Source: Lophium mytilinum
Lineage: Eukaryota
Assembly (NCBI GenBank): GCA_010093605.1
Contig: MU004182.1
Coordinates: forward strand, 1,907,195-1,971,194
Length of the DNA: 64,000 bases
Direction: 5' to 3'
Part shown: positions 28,366-39,609 of the stretch, one piece after another
How positions within the stretch are numbered: position 1 is the first letter of the stretch
How the letters are laid out: each line of letters begins with the position of its first letter
Made by a program: the position numbers and the translations under genes
The notes under the pieces: model-generated
What the model was told of the DNA's origin: nothing
Databases searched by the model: none
The model's input: the letters and a program-made list of their open reading frames with translations, nothing else

Positions 28366-29432
28366 TTACGCTAATTTTCCCCTCTTATACGGATACTCTT
28401 TCTTAAACGCCTCAGCGATTTCTGTTCTTGTAGCAACCCAGACTCCCTCCTTTTTACTGATATATTCTACGAATTGCTTTAGCGCGCCGAACCTCCCTGG
28501 CCTGCCAGCTATTCTGCAATGCAATCCCACCGTCATCATCTTGGGCATCCCGTTCTCGCCCTCTTCGTATAGCACATCAAATGCATTCTTGAGATGCGCA
28601 AAGAAGCCATCCGGATCCGCAAATCCAGAGCCTATCACATGGAACTTGAAGTCATTGCAATCATAGCTGTACGGAACCATCAAACACCCTTTTGCCTCCT
28701 CGTCGGATTTGGAGGCTTCAGTCGGAAGATCAATCCAATAAGGCACGTCGTCTGCGTAGGTGTCGGAAGCCCAAACGAGTTCCTCGCCCATTTCCTCGTA
28801 GACTTGGGGAACGAGGGTACGGGAATGGGGCGAGTTACGCCCGTAGTACCATCCGCGAGGAGCGTAGCCTGTGAGGCCTTTCAGGGACTCGATACCCTTC
28901 TTGATGTATTCCTTCTCCTTCTCGATGCTGAAGTCGTGGTACTCGATCCAACGATAGGCACTACAATCAACACATACATCAGCTACCTTATCCTCTGATC
29001 TCTCCAAAGTTTCGAAAACCTTGAATCGACTCACTGCGACGCAACATCATGCCCCATCTCCACACACCTCCTCGCAACCTCCGGCTGCTTCTCCACCGCC
29101 TGAGCCACCGCATATAACGTAAACTTCATCTTATACTCATTGAACATCCTGAACATCCTCCAAAATCCCGCTCGCGAGCCATACTCATACTCACTCTCCA
29201 CATTGAGGTTGCGCTCGTTGATCCTGGGTGGTCCAGCCGGGTTCTCGCGCAGATTCTGCTCCGCCATGCCGTCGCCAGACATCACGGAGCGCTCGCCGCC
29301 TTCCTCATAGTTGATGACGAATGAGACGGCGATTTTGGCTTTGTTGGGCCATTTGGGGTCGAGGCCGGCTTCGCCGTAGCCGCTGAAGTCGCGGGGGTAG
29401 TCGTAGAGAGGGTCGCAGGTGTAGGCTGTCAT
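28366..29432 (-). CDS. Polysaccharide-deacetylase-fold, PuuE-type allantoinase-like hydrolase
   Basis: Motifs YPRDFSGYG, SFVINYEEGGE, ESEYEYGSRAGFWR, GHDVASH|AYRW across intron 28961-29034, PYSYDCNDFKF, MMTVGLHCRIAGRPGR and VWVATRTEIA, all characteristic of PuuE. Confidence 0.88.
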
Positions 29433-30228
29433 GGCGGATTGGATGGATACTTTCTTTAGACAATATTATATATAAACGGCAATGCGAATAGAGAGATTAA
29501 TTGCGAGACCAAGCAGTTGTGCGATAGTGCTTTAGAGGCCTTGAAGCTTGCAGTGAAATAATTTGAGCATGGGTTTCTACAAGCTGCCCCTCTCCACCTA
29601 CCCCTCCGCATAGCTTTATCTCCTTATCGGCTCTGTCATGCCGTTCCTGCATGAACCCTGGAACCTTCGGCGTGATGGTGCTTTAGCGGCATGCACGTCG
29701 TCGGGAGGGCGTCGTTTGAGCCGATGGGCGGCCGGCAGTTCGGCCCTGATGCTGAGAATGGGGCCGAGACCTTTGATACGGAAAACGTCTAACAATTTCG
29801 TTGTGCCAGGAATGAGCCGCTAAGAAAGATTGTATGAAAGTAAGAGTGAGATATTGAAAGGTGAGCAGTGGGAGAACGTTGAGGTCACGTGATCCACCAT
29901 ACTATTTCCTTCACCACTCGGGATGGGCGCCGCCTGATGTGATTTTACAAGCTTAGGGTTTTATTCAAACCACTCTGATTGAAGCAACCGCAGACGAATG
30001 TACAAATGTCTATGAGACAATGTGTATAATACCAATCTCCCTTGTAGGGAGACGAATTCGCATGCAATATAAACACTAGCTCTTTGCGACTCCGTAAATG
30101 CTTACCGGCCTCCAAATGCTCAACTGCTTTTTCTACTCCGCTTGAAACAGTATGCCGAAGAAATCTATTGATGCAAAAGTCTCCCGAAGTCACGATGTTG
30201 CTTCATGCTTTATGCTCTTCTCATCCTT

Positions 30229-32379
30229 TCACTTGGCCTGCGTGGTCTTTTTATTGATAGCTGCATCGCCAGGACCAATTGGGCTCTCTTCAGCTTTCTC
30301 TGAGTCTTCACCTTCATGATCATTTGGAGCGTTGACCGGTTTAGGCTTCGCTTTCAGATCCGTATTGCCGATTCCCGCACACATCAGGAAGTTGGCACCC
30401 GCGCTGGCGCAGTACATGATGAAAATGTACTTCAGTCCGTTCATATATGCACTCAACACTAGATCCGTCTCGTCTTTCGTTAGATTTAGCTCCTTGAGTC
30501 CGTATGTTGAGGAAGTAAGACTTTCAAGCAGCTCGTGCGACATGAATGGAAGACCAGATAGACGCGTGCGCAAAGTGTTCGAGAGGATCGCGCCGGATAC
30601 TGGAGTTTATAAGTTCGGTTCCCTTTGCAAAATCTCCAATGGAATGGGTACACACCGATCAACCCGAACGCGCCCCCAACGGTTCGAAGAAAGTTTCGGA
30701 GACCGGTCGAGACGGCGCGGTCTTCAGCCCGAGAATTTGCAAGAATTGCGACAAGCGCTGGGTGTCATTAGCAAAGTATGTTTTCACACGATAGGTACTC
30801 ACTTGGCTGTAATGTGAAACCTATGCCACATCCTTCAACGATAAGGACGACGATGATATTCCATAACCTCGTAGATCGAGAGAATGCACATTTCAGCCCA
30901 GTGCCGATCGTCCATACGGTAAATCCGGTGACGACTAGCGGCATGTATCGGCCTTTGCGGGACATGAATTGGCCTGAGAGAATGGAGGTGATGGAGGTAA
31001 GGATGATAAGTGGTAGCATCAGGGCGCCAGACTCGAGTGGAGAGAATGATAATACTGATTGAAAGTAGATACTTGAAGTTGATCAGTGACAGGACGGAGT
31101 CCAGAAGTAAGCTCAACGTACGGTACTGCATCCAATTAGTATACTGAAGAAACTAGCAAACTACAAAAGGACTTACGATAGAAGAAATTGCCGAAAAAAC
31201 AAATCCCGGTAAAGAAATTTTGAAGATAGAGCATGGGACAATGCGGGTAGCGAACCAAGTGTACTTGTCCGAGTCAGAATGCTAAGTTTTTGGCTCCATA
31301 GGAGTCGCTCACCAGGCATTATTGGAATAGGCGCTATTTTCCACTCATAGAGAACGAACGATATCGCGAGGCACAAGCCAACGGTGAGCATGGCAATCAC
31401 GAATGCAGAGTCCCATGCATATGTCGCACCGGCTCCAGAAAGAGGAATCTTGTCAAAGTAAGTACACGAATAGTCGTAATAAATAGGTAAACTGACGAGG
31501 ATCAATAACACGGATGCCAGATTCAACACCACTCCACCGAAATCGATTTTCTTGACTTTTGCAGCATATTGACCGGAGTCGTGCCTGAGCGGAAGAAAGA
31601 ACAAGATTACAAGAGCAGCGGGAATGGCAAGCATTGGAACGATCCAGAAGACCCATCTCCAAGTCGTTTTCTCGACGAGTGCGCCGCCGACAAAAGGACC
31701 AGTCCCATTCGCAAGAGCTATGATGGCTCCAAGTATACCTGCATATGCATTTTAGCTGTGGAAATCCGGAAACTGAACGATTTAGCTCACCTTGAAACTT
31801 CCCTCGGTTCTCCAGAGTAGTGATATCACTGACGATGATCATCGCAACACTATTCACCCCTCCAGCTCCGATACCAGCAATTGCTCGGAATGCGAACAAC
31901 GCCTCTTTGCTCTTTGCGAATCCACATAGCAGATCGCCAATTCCTAATAATGCTAAACATAGTAGCAAGCAGTTCTTGCGGCCAAATATATCACTCAAGC
32001 GTCCGTTAATGAGCTGAAATGCAGTCGAGGAGATCAGAAATGACCCGCCAATCCATGATGTCGCAGTTCCGGTGTTCAAATCCGCAGATATGGCTGGTAT
32101 GGAAGTTGAGACGCTGGTCTGATCAATGAAAGACACGAAAAGGGCGATTGAAAGTGTCGGAAATGCTACGAGAAGCCGTCTGCTGGACAGGACATTGGTT
32201 TGGTTGCCGATGCTGTGCACGCTGTGTCCATCGACTTCGGATTCGGCATCAGAGGAGACGGTGGCTTGGCTCGATTCCTTCTCTTCATGAGAGGTTCCAT
32301 CGCCAATAGCTTTTTCTAGGTCAAGTTTCTCGTCGTCTTGAACCGGTTGTGAGATGGTATCAGCATCTCGTGATGCCAT
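30229..32379 (-). CDS. MFS transporter (14-TM DHA2-like)
   Basis: FIDQTSVSTSIPAI, GRLSDIFGRK, IIVSDITTLENRGKFQG, IDFGGVVL, AYMNGLKYIF. Multiple introns, ATG at 32379. Confidence 0.88.
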
Positions 32380-33126
32380 GAAGTCTTGATAGGTAATCTG
32401 AAAGGACAGGTTTTGGCAAAGAAAAGCGACGAAACTTGTAGTTTGGTTCAACTGCAGGCAAAGACAATGGAGAATCTCATAAGAAGAAGTTGATGCTTCG
32501 GATCTGGATCCTTGCTGACGCGAAAACTTCCTTGCCTACAGTTATTCCCGACTCTCCCGCATCTTCCCCACACGTCACCCGGTTCCTAGAGCCAGAGATG
32601 GCCATACGCTTGCTAGGAGGTACAAACCGGCGCCAAATGATTGACGTTGTCGGCGCCATGAGCCATCGGGAGCTTTCAGCCGACGCCTCGCACCAACGCG
32701 GGCTCGACGGCACGATAAGTTCGGTATTGCTAGTAAACACCGTCGACACAGGACTGAGGCCAATTTGAAGCGGGCCAGCTGCCGACTATCTGTCTTTCAG
32801 ATACAGTACTTGACTCCGACAGATCGGTGTTGTGTCGAAGATGTCCTGGGCAGGGGAAGGTTTCGGAAGACCCGACGGTAGCCCTAGCACCCTGCTATCG
32901 ATTACGAGTCATAGAGCCAATGGCACACCATAGTGGGGTGGTGGGGTGGTGAAGCTTCGAGCTACCTACACCAAATAATTCCATACTTCATTCTCTTCTC
33001 TCATTTCTTGAACATATGTTCCACGAGTAATCACAGTTTCTACATCCATCGTTCAAACGGGCAATACTCCAGCACTCACAGATAAATTGCTTCCTCAATA
33101 GTCGTTCTAGCACTTAGATTGCTATC

Positions 33127-34617
33127 ATGGCCCCTACCATCGAGCCCTACAGCTTGACAGCTACAGAAGCAGTCGCTGAAATCAAGTCTGGTCGCTTGAC
33201 CGTGGAGAAATATGCTCAATCACTTCTATCTCGCTTCGAAAGTAGAGATTCTACAGTCCATGCTTGGGCATACTTGAACCCTGAACTGGTTCTTCAAGAA
33301 GCAAGGAAGCTTGACGCAATACCGCCAGCGGAACGCGGCCCCCTTCATGGTGTAGCTATTGGCGTGAAAGACGTCATACTCACGAAAGGTGCGAGACGGG
33401 CGCGATCCTAAGGTATTAGACATCCTACTAACTGCGATCTTAGATATGCCAACGCAGTACAACTCACCCATCTATAAAGACGACCACCCCCAGCTGGATG
33501 CAGGCTCGGTCATAGTCCTGCGGAAGAATGGAGCTCTCATATATGGTAAGTTCCCCATTGTATCTCTAGTATGCCAATTATCAACGCCGTAATCTCAACT
33601 AGGAAAAACCCACACCACCGAATTCGCTGCTACATCCGTCGGACCCGCCGCACGTAATCCCCACGATACAACCCGCACCCCCGGTGGCTCTTCCTCAGGA
33701 TCTGGTGCCGCTGTGGGAGACTTGCAGGTGCCGATCGGATTGGGCACGCAGACGATCGGGAGCACGATCCGCCCAGGTTCATTCAATGGCATCTATGCCT
33801 TGAAGCCAACGTGGAACAGCATATCACGAGAAGGCCAGAAGCTGTACTCGCTGATCTTCGATACGCTGGGGCTGTACTCCCGCAGTGTGGAGGATCTCCA
33901 ACTGCTCATCGACGTATTCCAGCTGCAGGACGATGAACCTGGCGAGCACTTTTCCGTGAAAGGGGCCAAATTCGCGGTCTTGAAGTTGAAAACTCCGAAC
34001 TGGCCTGAAGCTGGGCAAGGCACGAAAGACGCTTTGGATCTAGGCGTGAAGTTACTCAAGGACCAAGGCGCTGAAGTCGAGGAACTGGTATTGCCGGACG
34101 AGTTCGATGACCTGACGGAATGGCACCGGCAGGTTCTTAGCGGAGATGGTCGGATCGCGTTCTTGCCTGATTACTACTACGCGAAGGAGAAACTTCACGA
34201 GTCTTTGATAGATCACGTGGAAAATAGTGAACGGTATTCGAGAAAAGACCAGCTCAAGGCTTTCGATGGGCTCTCGGCGCTGCGGCCAAAAATGGATGCA
34301 ATCCTGGAGAAGTATGCGGCGATAATTGCACCCAGTGCACTGGATGAGGCGCCGGTGGGGAACAATACTGGAAATGCAACGTTCTGTGGCATATGGACCG
34401 TCAGTATACCGTTGCCTTCTTTAGGGAACCCCAACTAATCGTTTTCCAGGCTTTGCACCAACCTGTCGTCAACATACCCGGCTTCAAGGGTGCGAATGGA
34501 ATGCCCATCGGCTTATCAGTGGTAGCTCCGAGGTACCGAGATCAACACCTGTTGAGGGTGTGCAAGGAAATTGGAAAGATCTTTGAAGCGGAAGGTGGTT
34601 GGAAGAGAAGCTTGTAG
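33127..34617 (+). CDS. Amidase signature family enzyme
   Basis: GPLHGVAIGVKD (catalytic Lys), GKTHTTEFA, TPGGSSSGSGAAVG, GTQTIGSTIRPGSFNG, GMPIGLSVV. Three introns. Confidence 0.92.
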
Positions 34618-34701
34618 TTTGGTATTTTCAATAATACTAGCCTTGCAGATTTATCGAAAGGCTAGACCCAAAATATACTGTCACCAATGCGGGAGTTCAC
34701 T

Positions 34702-35654
34702 TCAATTGATCACATAACCACCATCCACGACCATCGCCGCGCCTTGGACGAAACTCGCTTTCGTGCTGCAGAGGAATATCGCACAGTCTGCAATCTCTTG
34801 GGGTAGGCCCATCCGCTTCATGGGTGCAATGTCAATTGACGGCTTCAGCCTCTCCCGTAACTCTTCAGTGATCGTGGTCATGGGTGTGTCGATAATACCG
34901 GGGCAAATGCAGTTGATTCGGATGCCATCTTTGGAGTAGTCTATTGCGTCTGCTCTCGTCAACGCGATGACGGCAGCTTTGCTTGCAGAATAGGCCGCTA
35001 CATTAAACGTACATCAGTACGGGATCTTACTTGCTCAGATTAAAGTAAACGAACCGCATTCCGGTCGCCCCACGATGCCTAGCTGGCTCGCTATGTTGAC
35101 AATGCTGCCTCTTTGGGCTGGTCTAGCTGGATCATGGCTCGGAAGTGGCTCTTGCTTCAACATTGCCTTCAATTCGGCACGTGATGAGAGCCAGCATCCA
35201 CGGTAGTTGACGGCGTTGATCTTGTCGAAGGCGTCGAGGGAAGTTTCAGTTGAAGACATGTTGTTGCCCATGATGCCAGCGCTATTAACGCAGTAATCCA
35301 GTCTTCCGAATTGCTCAATCGCCTTTTCAACGAGCTCTTCGGCGAAGGCTTCGGACGAGATGTCTCCGTCAACAGCCAGAATCGTAAGACCTGGTCGACG
35401 GTATCGCTCCTCTAGAGAGTCTTGAGTCTTTGCGAGCGTTTCGTGGTTGATATCGGTGATAACGAGGCGTTGGCAGCCGGCCTCGAGGAATGCTCTGGCC
35501 ACCGCAGCTCCAATTCCTATTCAAGAATTATGATCCCACTATACCATCATGGAGGTATCAAATTCGTACCCGTTCCAGCGGCTCCTGTGACGAGAGCAAC
35601 CCCTTTTTCAAAGGGAGCATCGTAGGGAATTGGATGGGATGGAAATAGGGACAT
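34702..35654 (-). CDS. Short-chain dehydrogenase/reductase
   Basis: ALVTGAAGTG|IG, FGRLDYCVNSAG, IVNIASQLG, YSASKAA (YxxxK), GIRINCICPGIIDTPM, VDGGY. Confidence 0.92.
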
Positions 35655-36409
35655 CTTTGGTTAAGTAGAAATGGCTAGAATTTCTTCAACCGAAGTTGAA
35701 AGAATCATACACTTATGGTATGAACAGATAATCAATACCGAAGGAATAAACGGAAATAAGAACTACATCAATGATCGAAATGAAGTGACAATGATAAGAG
35801 AGTGATGGAGTGGGGGAAGGTGGAGGAGTTTGGAAAGGCGGTCTCAAAGGTACGGCGCGTGATTGAAACTTCGCTGCTACCTAGTGGTCAAGTCGTCCAG
35901 AATCTATTTTTATATCTCCTCGACCACGTTACTCATCAAACAAACTTTGTTACCATCCTCTTCGTCATCGGGACTGATACAAATCACAAGCAAAGCACCA
36001 CAAGATATCGTCGCAAGGCCAGCAGAATGCGGCATGCCGAGGCAGGACACGATTATCCCAGCCTCAATGTGGCTGCCCTTGGCCAGGGGGCTGAGTTCTA
36101 CGTGGCGTGCTCCTCCAGGCATCATCGCAGGGCACAACACAGCAACATCCAGATAGACGATATTAAAACAGAGGAAGCCCGTTTCTGGACTGACTCTTAT
36201 CAAGGCTGTGCTGAGTCGGCTACAAGCACGGTACCACGAGTTGTTGTTTTCGAATTATACCACTTTTGCAGCTTGCTTTGGTGGCTGAGATCTGCGCCCG
36301 TTCACCGGACGCGCCCAGGTGCTGTGCATAAAGTCATCGCCAGCTGCCGTTGGTAGGCTTCATTTTCAACATCAAATTTCCTATCACTGCTCAAATATTT
36401 TTGGAAGAG

Positions 36410-37975
36410 ATGGGTAAATCTGAGAACGAGTACCACCCAGAGGAGGCAGATCACGCGTCTCCCTCCATTCCCTCAGATCCAGCGGCTTCAACAAGTCCTG
36501 CACCAGACGATTCTTTACAGAATGATCCCGACAGAATTGACCCTTATTACAACCCACATGAACTGGATGAGACTGGTCTCCCGGATTATTCCAAAAATGA
36601 CCCCCACGGCATCCAATCCATCATCCATTCCGCCTCAACCGGCTCCCTTAATATACCTATAATCGCCTACCCCACGGCCAAGCTCCACGACCATGACCTG
36701 GACCAATTCAAACTCTGCCGCGACATCGTAAACTCTTTTTTCTCTGCCATCACCAGCAAGAAAGACGAAGCTGTCGCCATGATGATCGAATCAAACCTCG
36801 TGACCGCCAACACGACCTCCATCAGGGGCGAAACGCCCCTCCTCGCCGCCGTACGCGTCGGAAATGTCCGTATGGTGCAAGAACTCCTCGACTTTGAAGC
36901 TGATGTTGATGCGTTCGGGACCACGCCGTATGAGGCTGGCGAGTCAGTAATATGGGATCAAGCGGACCAGTATCCAGGACTCATTCCTACCAACATACGC
37001 AAACGTACGCCACTCATGCTAGCAGCTGAGAAGGGAAACATCAACCTCGTTAAGCTCCTTGTGGATGTGTATCACGCCAACGATGCGCTGATCGCACCGG
37101 ATGGTGAACTCGCTCTACGGTTGGCCTCTGACAACGGGCATCGCGATATCGTTGAGTTTCTGCCGGGCCGTCGGGGCGGTGGGTGGCGGCGGTGGAAAGC
37201 GAAGCATGCGACAACGATGAATCGCGCGAAAAAGGCTATCAAGAATATAGCCTATTTCTTCAGAGTGGTGCTGTACAGTATCCCGAGATTTTTCATATGG
37301 AGCTGTCCGAAGCACCTGATCGTCCTTCCATTGAAAAACTCAGTAGTGTATTGCTGGAAGCATCGCGGAGAGTTCGGTGGTTGGTGTAAGCGACAGGCAA
37401 AAGCGATGCCCGAGCGCATTGCCCGAGGAGCCGCGAAAGTATGGAGAGGAATCAAGAAGGTTCCAGTAACGCTTTGGAAGATTGCGAAGGAGATCCCTGG
37501 AATCGTCAAGGACATTGCGAAGTGGGTGTGGGGCATTATCACAGGAATCCCAAAAGCACTCAAGGTGGCCACACTCTGGCTTTGGGATGGGGTGAAAAGT
37601 ATTGCTCATGGCATTGGATCCATACTTGGCCGTCTGGCCTCATTCCTCCACACGATTCTTTCTGGTATCGTGTCCTTCTTCCGTGATATTACGCTTAAAG
37701 ACATCTGGAATGGGTTTTGCTCCTTCCTCCATGCTGTCTTCATCGAGCTACCAGGAAAGATGGCGAAGTGGGTGGTGCGGTTTGGGGAAGTCTCATATAA
37801 GGTAATGAAAGCTTTATTTGGGTTTTGGGGTAAAGTGATTTGGTGGATTATTGTGGCATTGGGCGAAGTGGTGGTGTACGTCCCGACGAAGATCTGGGTC
37901 GTTCTTGCGAGTTGTGGGGAATCCCTCAAGAAGGCAATGATCGAACTACTCATATGGATCAACCCGAAGAGATAG
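36410..37975 (+). CDS. Ankyrin-repeat protein with a long Trp-rich amphipathic C-terminal region
   Basis: Ankyrin repeats GETPLLAAVRVGN, RTPLMLAAEKGN and ELALRLASDNGH. Single long ORF, first ATG at 36410. Confidence 0.85.
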   Translation: MGKSENEYHPEEADHASPSIPSDPAASTSPAPDDSLQNDPDRIDPYYNPHELDETGLPDYSKNDPHGIQSIIHSASTGSLNIPIIAYPTAKLHDHDLDQFKLCRDIVNSFFSAITSKKDEAVAMMIESNLVTANTTSIRGETPLLAAVRVGNVRMVQELLDFEADVDAFGTTPYEAGESVIWDQADQYPGLIPTNIRKRTPLMLAAEKGNINLVKLLVDVYHANDALIAPDGELALRLASDNGHRDIVEFLPGRRGGGWRRWKAKHATTMNRAKKAIKNIAYFFRVVLYSIPRFFIWSCPKHLIVLPLKNSVVYCWKHRGEFGGWCKRQAKAMPERIARGAAKVWRGIKKVPVTLWKIAKEIPGIVKDIAKWVWGIITGIPKALKVATLWLWDGVKSIAHGIGSILGRLASFLHTILSGIVSFFRDITLKDIWNGFCSFLHAVFIELPGKMAKWVVRFGEVSYKVMKALFGFWGKVIWWIIVALGEVVVYVPTKIWVVLASCGESLKKAMIELLIWINPKR

Positions 37976-38733
37976 GACGTCACCATAGACGTTTATACAC
38001 TCGGGCTGCCATTGCTCTGGAGTGCATCGATACAGTTCTCCGAACCTAGAAGAGATGAAATTTCATCGTTCTAAGCAACCGTAAAGCTGCTAGACCGTCT
38101 CAGAAAAAGGTTGGAGAGGGGGGAGGGGTACACTGACTGGAACTATCCTGCTTCACTACAACAGGAGTCGCAGTACCCCTTCCTTGACGGTTGCCAAAGG
38201 TGGCCCTGCAAGTTTCCTGATCAGGCAGACAAGAGTGTTGAGGCATCCCTGGACACGTGGAGCTTTCATTTCCATAGTGAGTGCGGTAAGCATACGACGG
38301 AGAGGCAGATAAGCGTGCGGGATAAAACAAGTAGCTCTGATTAATGCATTGCACGGCCTACATACTGTTCATCCTTCAATCCAACTCAAGCCCGTGGGGT
38401 TTGTAACATGAAACAATGGTGACCAACATCTTGGAAGACTTGGGCAGGATATTTTTGAAAAATTCTAGCTTGAGAGACTGAGACGGAGTTCGAAGACTAG
38501 AAACTGAAAAGCCTGATTATAAGTACGTCAGGCATTCACTTCTTAACTTTAGTAATATAGAGGCCTCGAAATATAGCTGACGTGAAGTCTTAAGTATGAC
38601 GTCCTAATCTAAGCTAGCAATTGAACGAGTCCAAGATTCAGTGCGGTCGGACTGGTGTGATCTCCCGCTGATTTCGAGCCCGCCTACATCAGCCTAGGCT
38701 ACATATGTACATTCATTTTTGGCAAATCGTAAA

Positions 38734-38894
38734 TCCGGTGTAGGCCAGTTGGTCAGACCGCGTCTTATAGCCTCAGCGACCATATTGTCGAGAGCCTGGC
38801 CACCTTGGAGTAGCGGCTCCAAGACGCCGGGTTAGCTGCAATGTGGTCGCTGACGTTATTAGACGAAACCCGTGTTCGATTCACGGCGCCGGAC
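38734..38894 (+). ncRNA. tRNA-like Pol III RNA with the anticodon loop replaced by a long hairpin
   Basis: Acceptor stem TCCGGTG/CGCCGGA. A-box-like TAGGCCAGTTGG and D arm. Stem CGTCT/AGACG, 4-nt variable loop AAAC, perfect T arm CCGTG-TTCGATT-CACGG (B box), then TTTTCTTTTT. Bases 38766-38860 fold as one long hairpin. Confidence 0.8.
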
Positions 38895-38896
38895 CA

Positions 38897-38906
38897 TTTT
38901 CTTTTT
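38897..38906 (+). terminator. Pol III oligo-dT terminator
   Basis: TTTTCTTTTT a few bases after the tRNA-like 3' end. Confidence 0.65.
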
Positions 38907-39609
38907 GCTATTTTCGACTCTGCTATGCCTAGTGTGAGTTTGAATAGGCCCGTGACCAAGATTGCGAAGACAGTATGTTAAAACGTGCATTCACTAGAAA
39001 TTTATCTGAAGACAGAATCGGAATACGAGGAAGGAAGAATGCTTGACCAGAAAAAGTGATACTTATATTACAGTTGAGAGCCGTGACGTTCGAAATGAAA
39101 GTAGAAGTGATATGAGGAAAAAGTTTGTCAACATTTGGGCTGCGGTCTTGCTCGGCAAAACTTTAACTGATTCCAGCGGAAAGCATGATGTCCCCGTGCA
39201 GATATGGAATGATTGACCTGGGGATAGATGATAGTTGAAAGCGTCTAGTGAAGATCCGCAAAGGGCAGAGTATCGTTCAGAAGACGTAGAGACGACGAAA
39301 CTCAGGTTGAGCTTTAAAAACACCCCATTGCCCATATATATGTAGGAAAGCCTTGTCCTACGGGTTGGAATAGAGTGGCTCCTCCTTAATAGACGCGCAT
39401 TGGAGTAGACCTCCGATACATAGCACGATGCTATAGTGCGGTGACAGATTGTCGTCGGCATAAGCTAGGAGGAAGTTCACCCCGCGGCTTTCCCGAGGTC
39501 TATAGCAACTTCATCAACTACATCTCAACTCAATCAAGCTCCTTTGCACCGCAACTATCGCGCAAGAATACCAATGGCGAGACGAAGACGATTTGAGATC
39601 TGAATCGCC

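Noticed and set aside
32862..32875. UaY/Ppr1-type site TCGG-N-CCGA in the MFS/amidase promoter
   Set aside because: The spacer is 5 nt rather than the 6 nt of the known consensus, and I did not see it repeated in the other cluster promoters.
38734..38894. Canonical intron-containing tRNA-Leu(TAG) or tRNA-Ile(TAT)
   Set aside because: The stem register gives A33 and C37 and no long variable arm for Leu. The TAT reading cannot form a 5-bp anticodon stem. Kept as a tRNA-like ncRNA instead.
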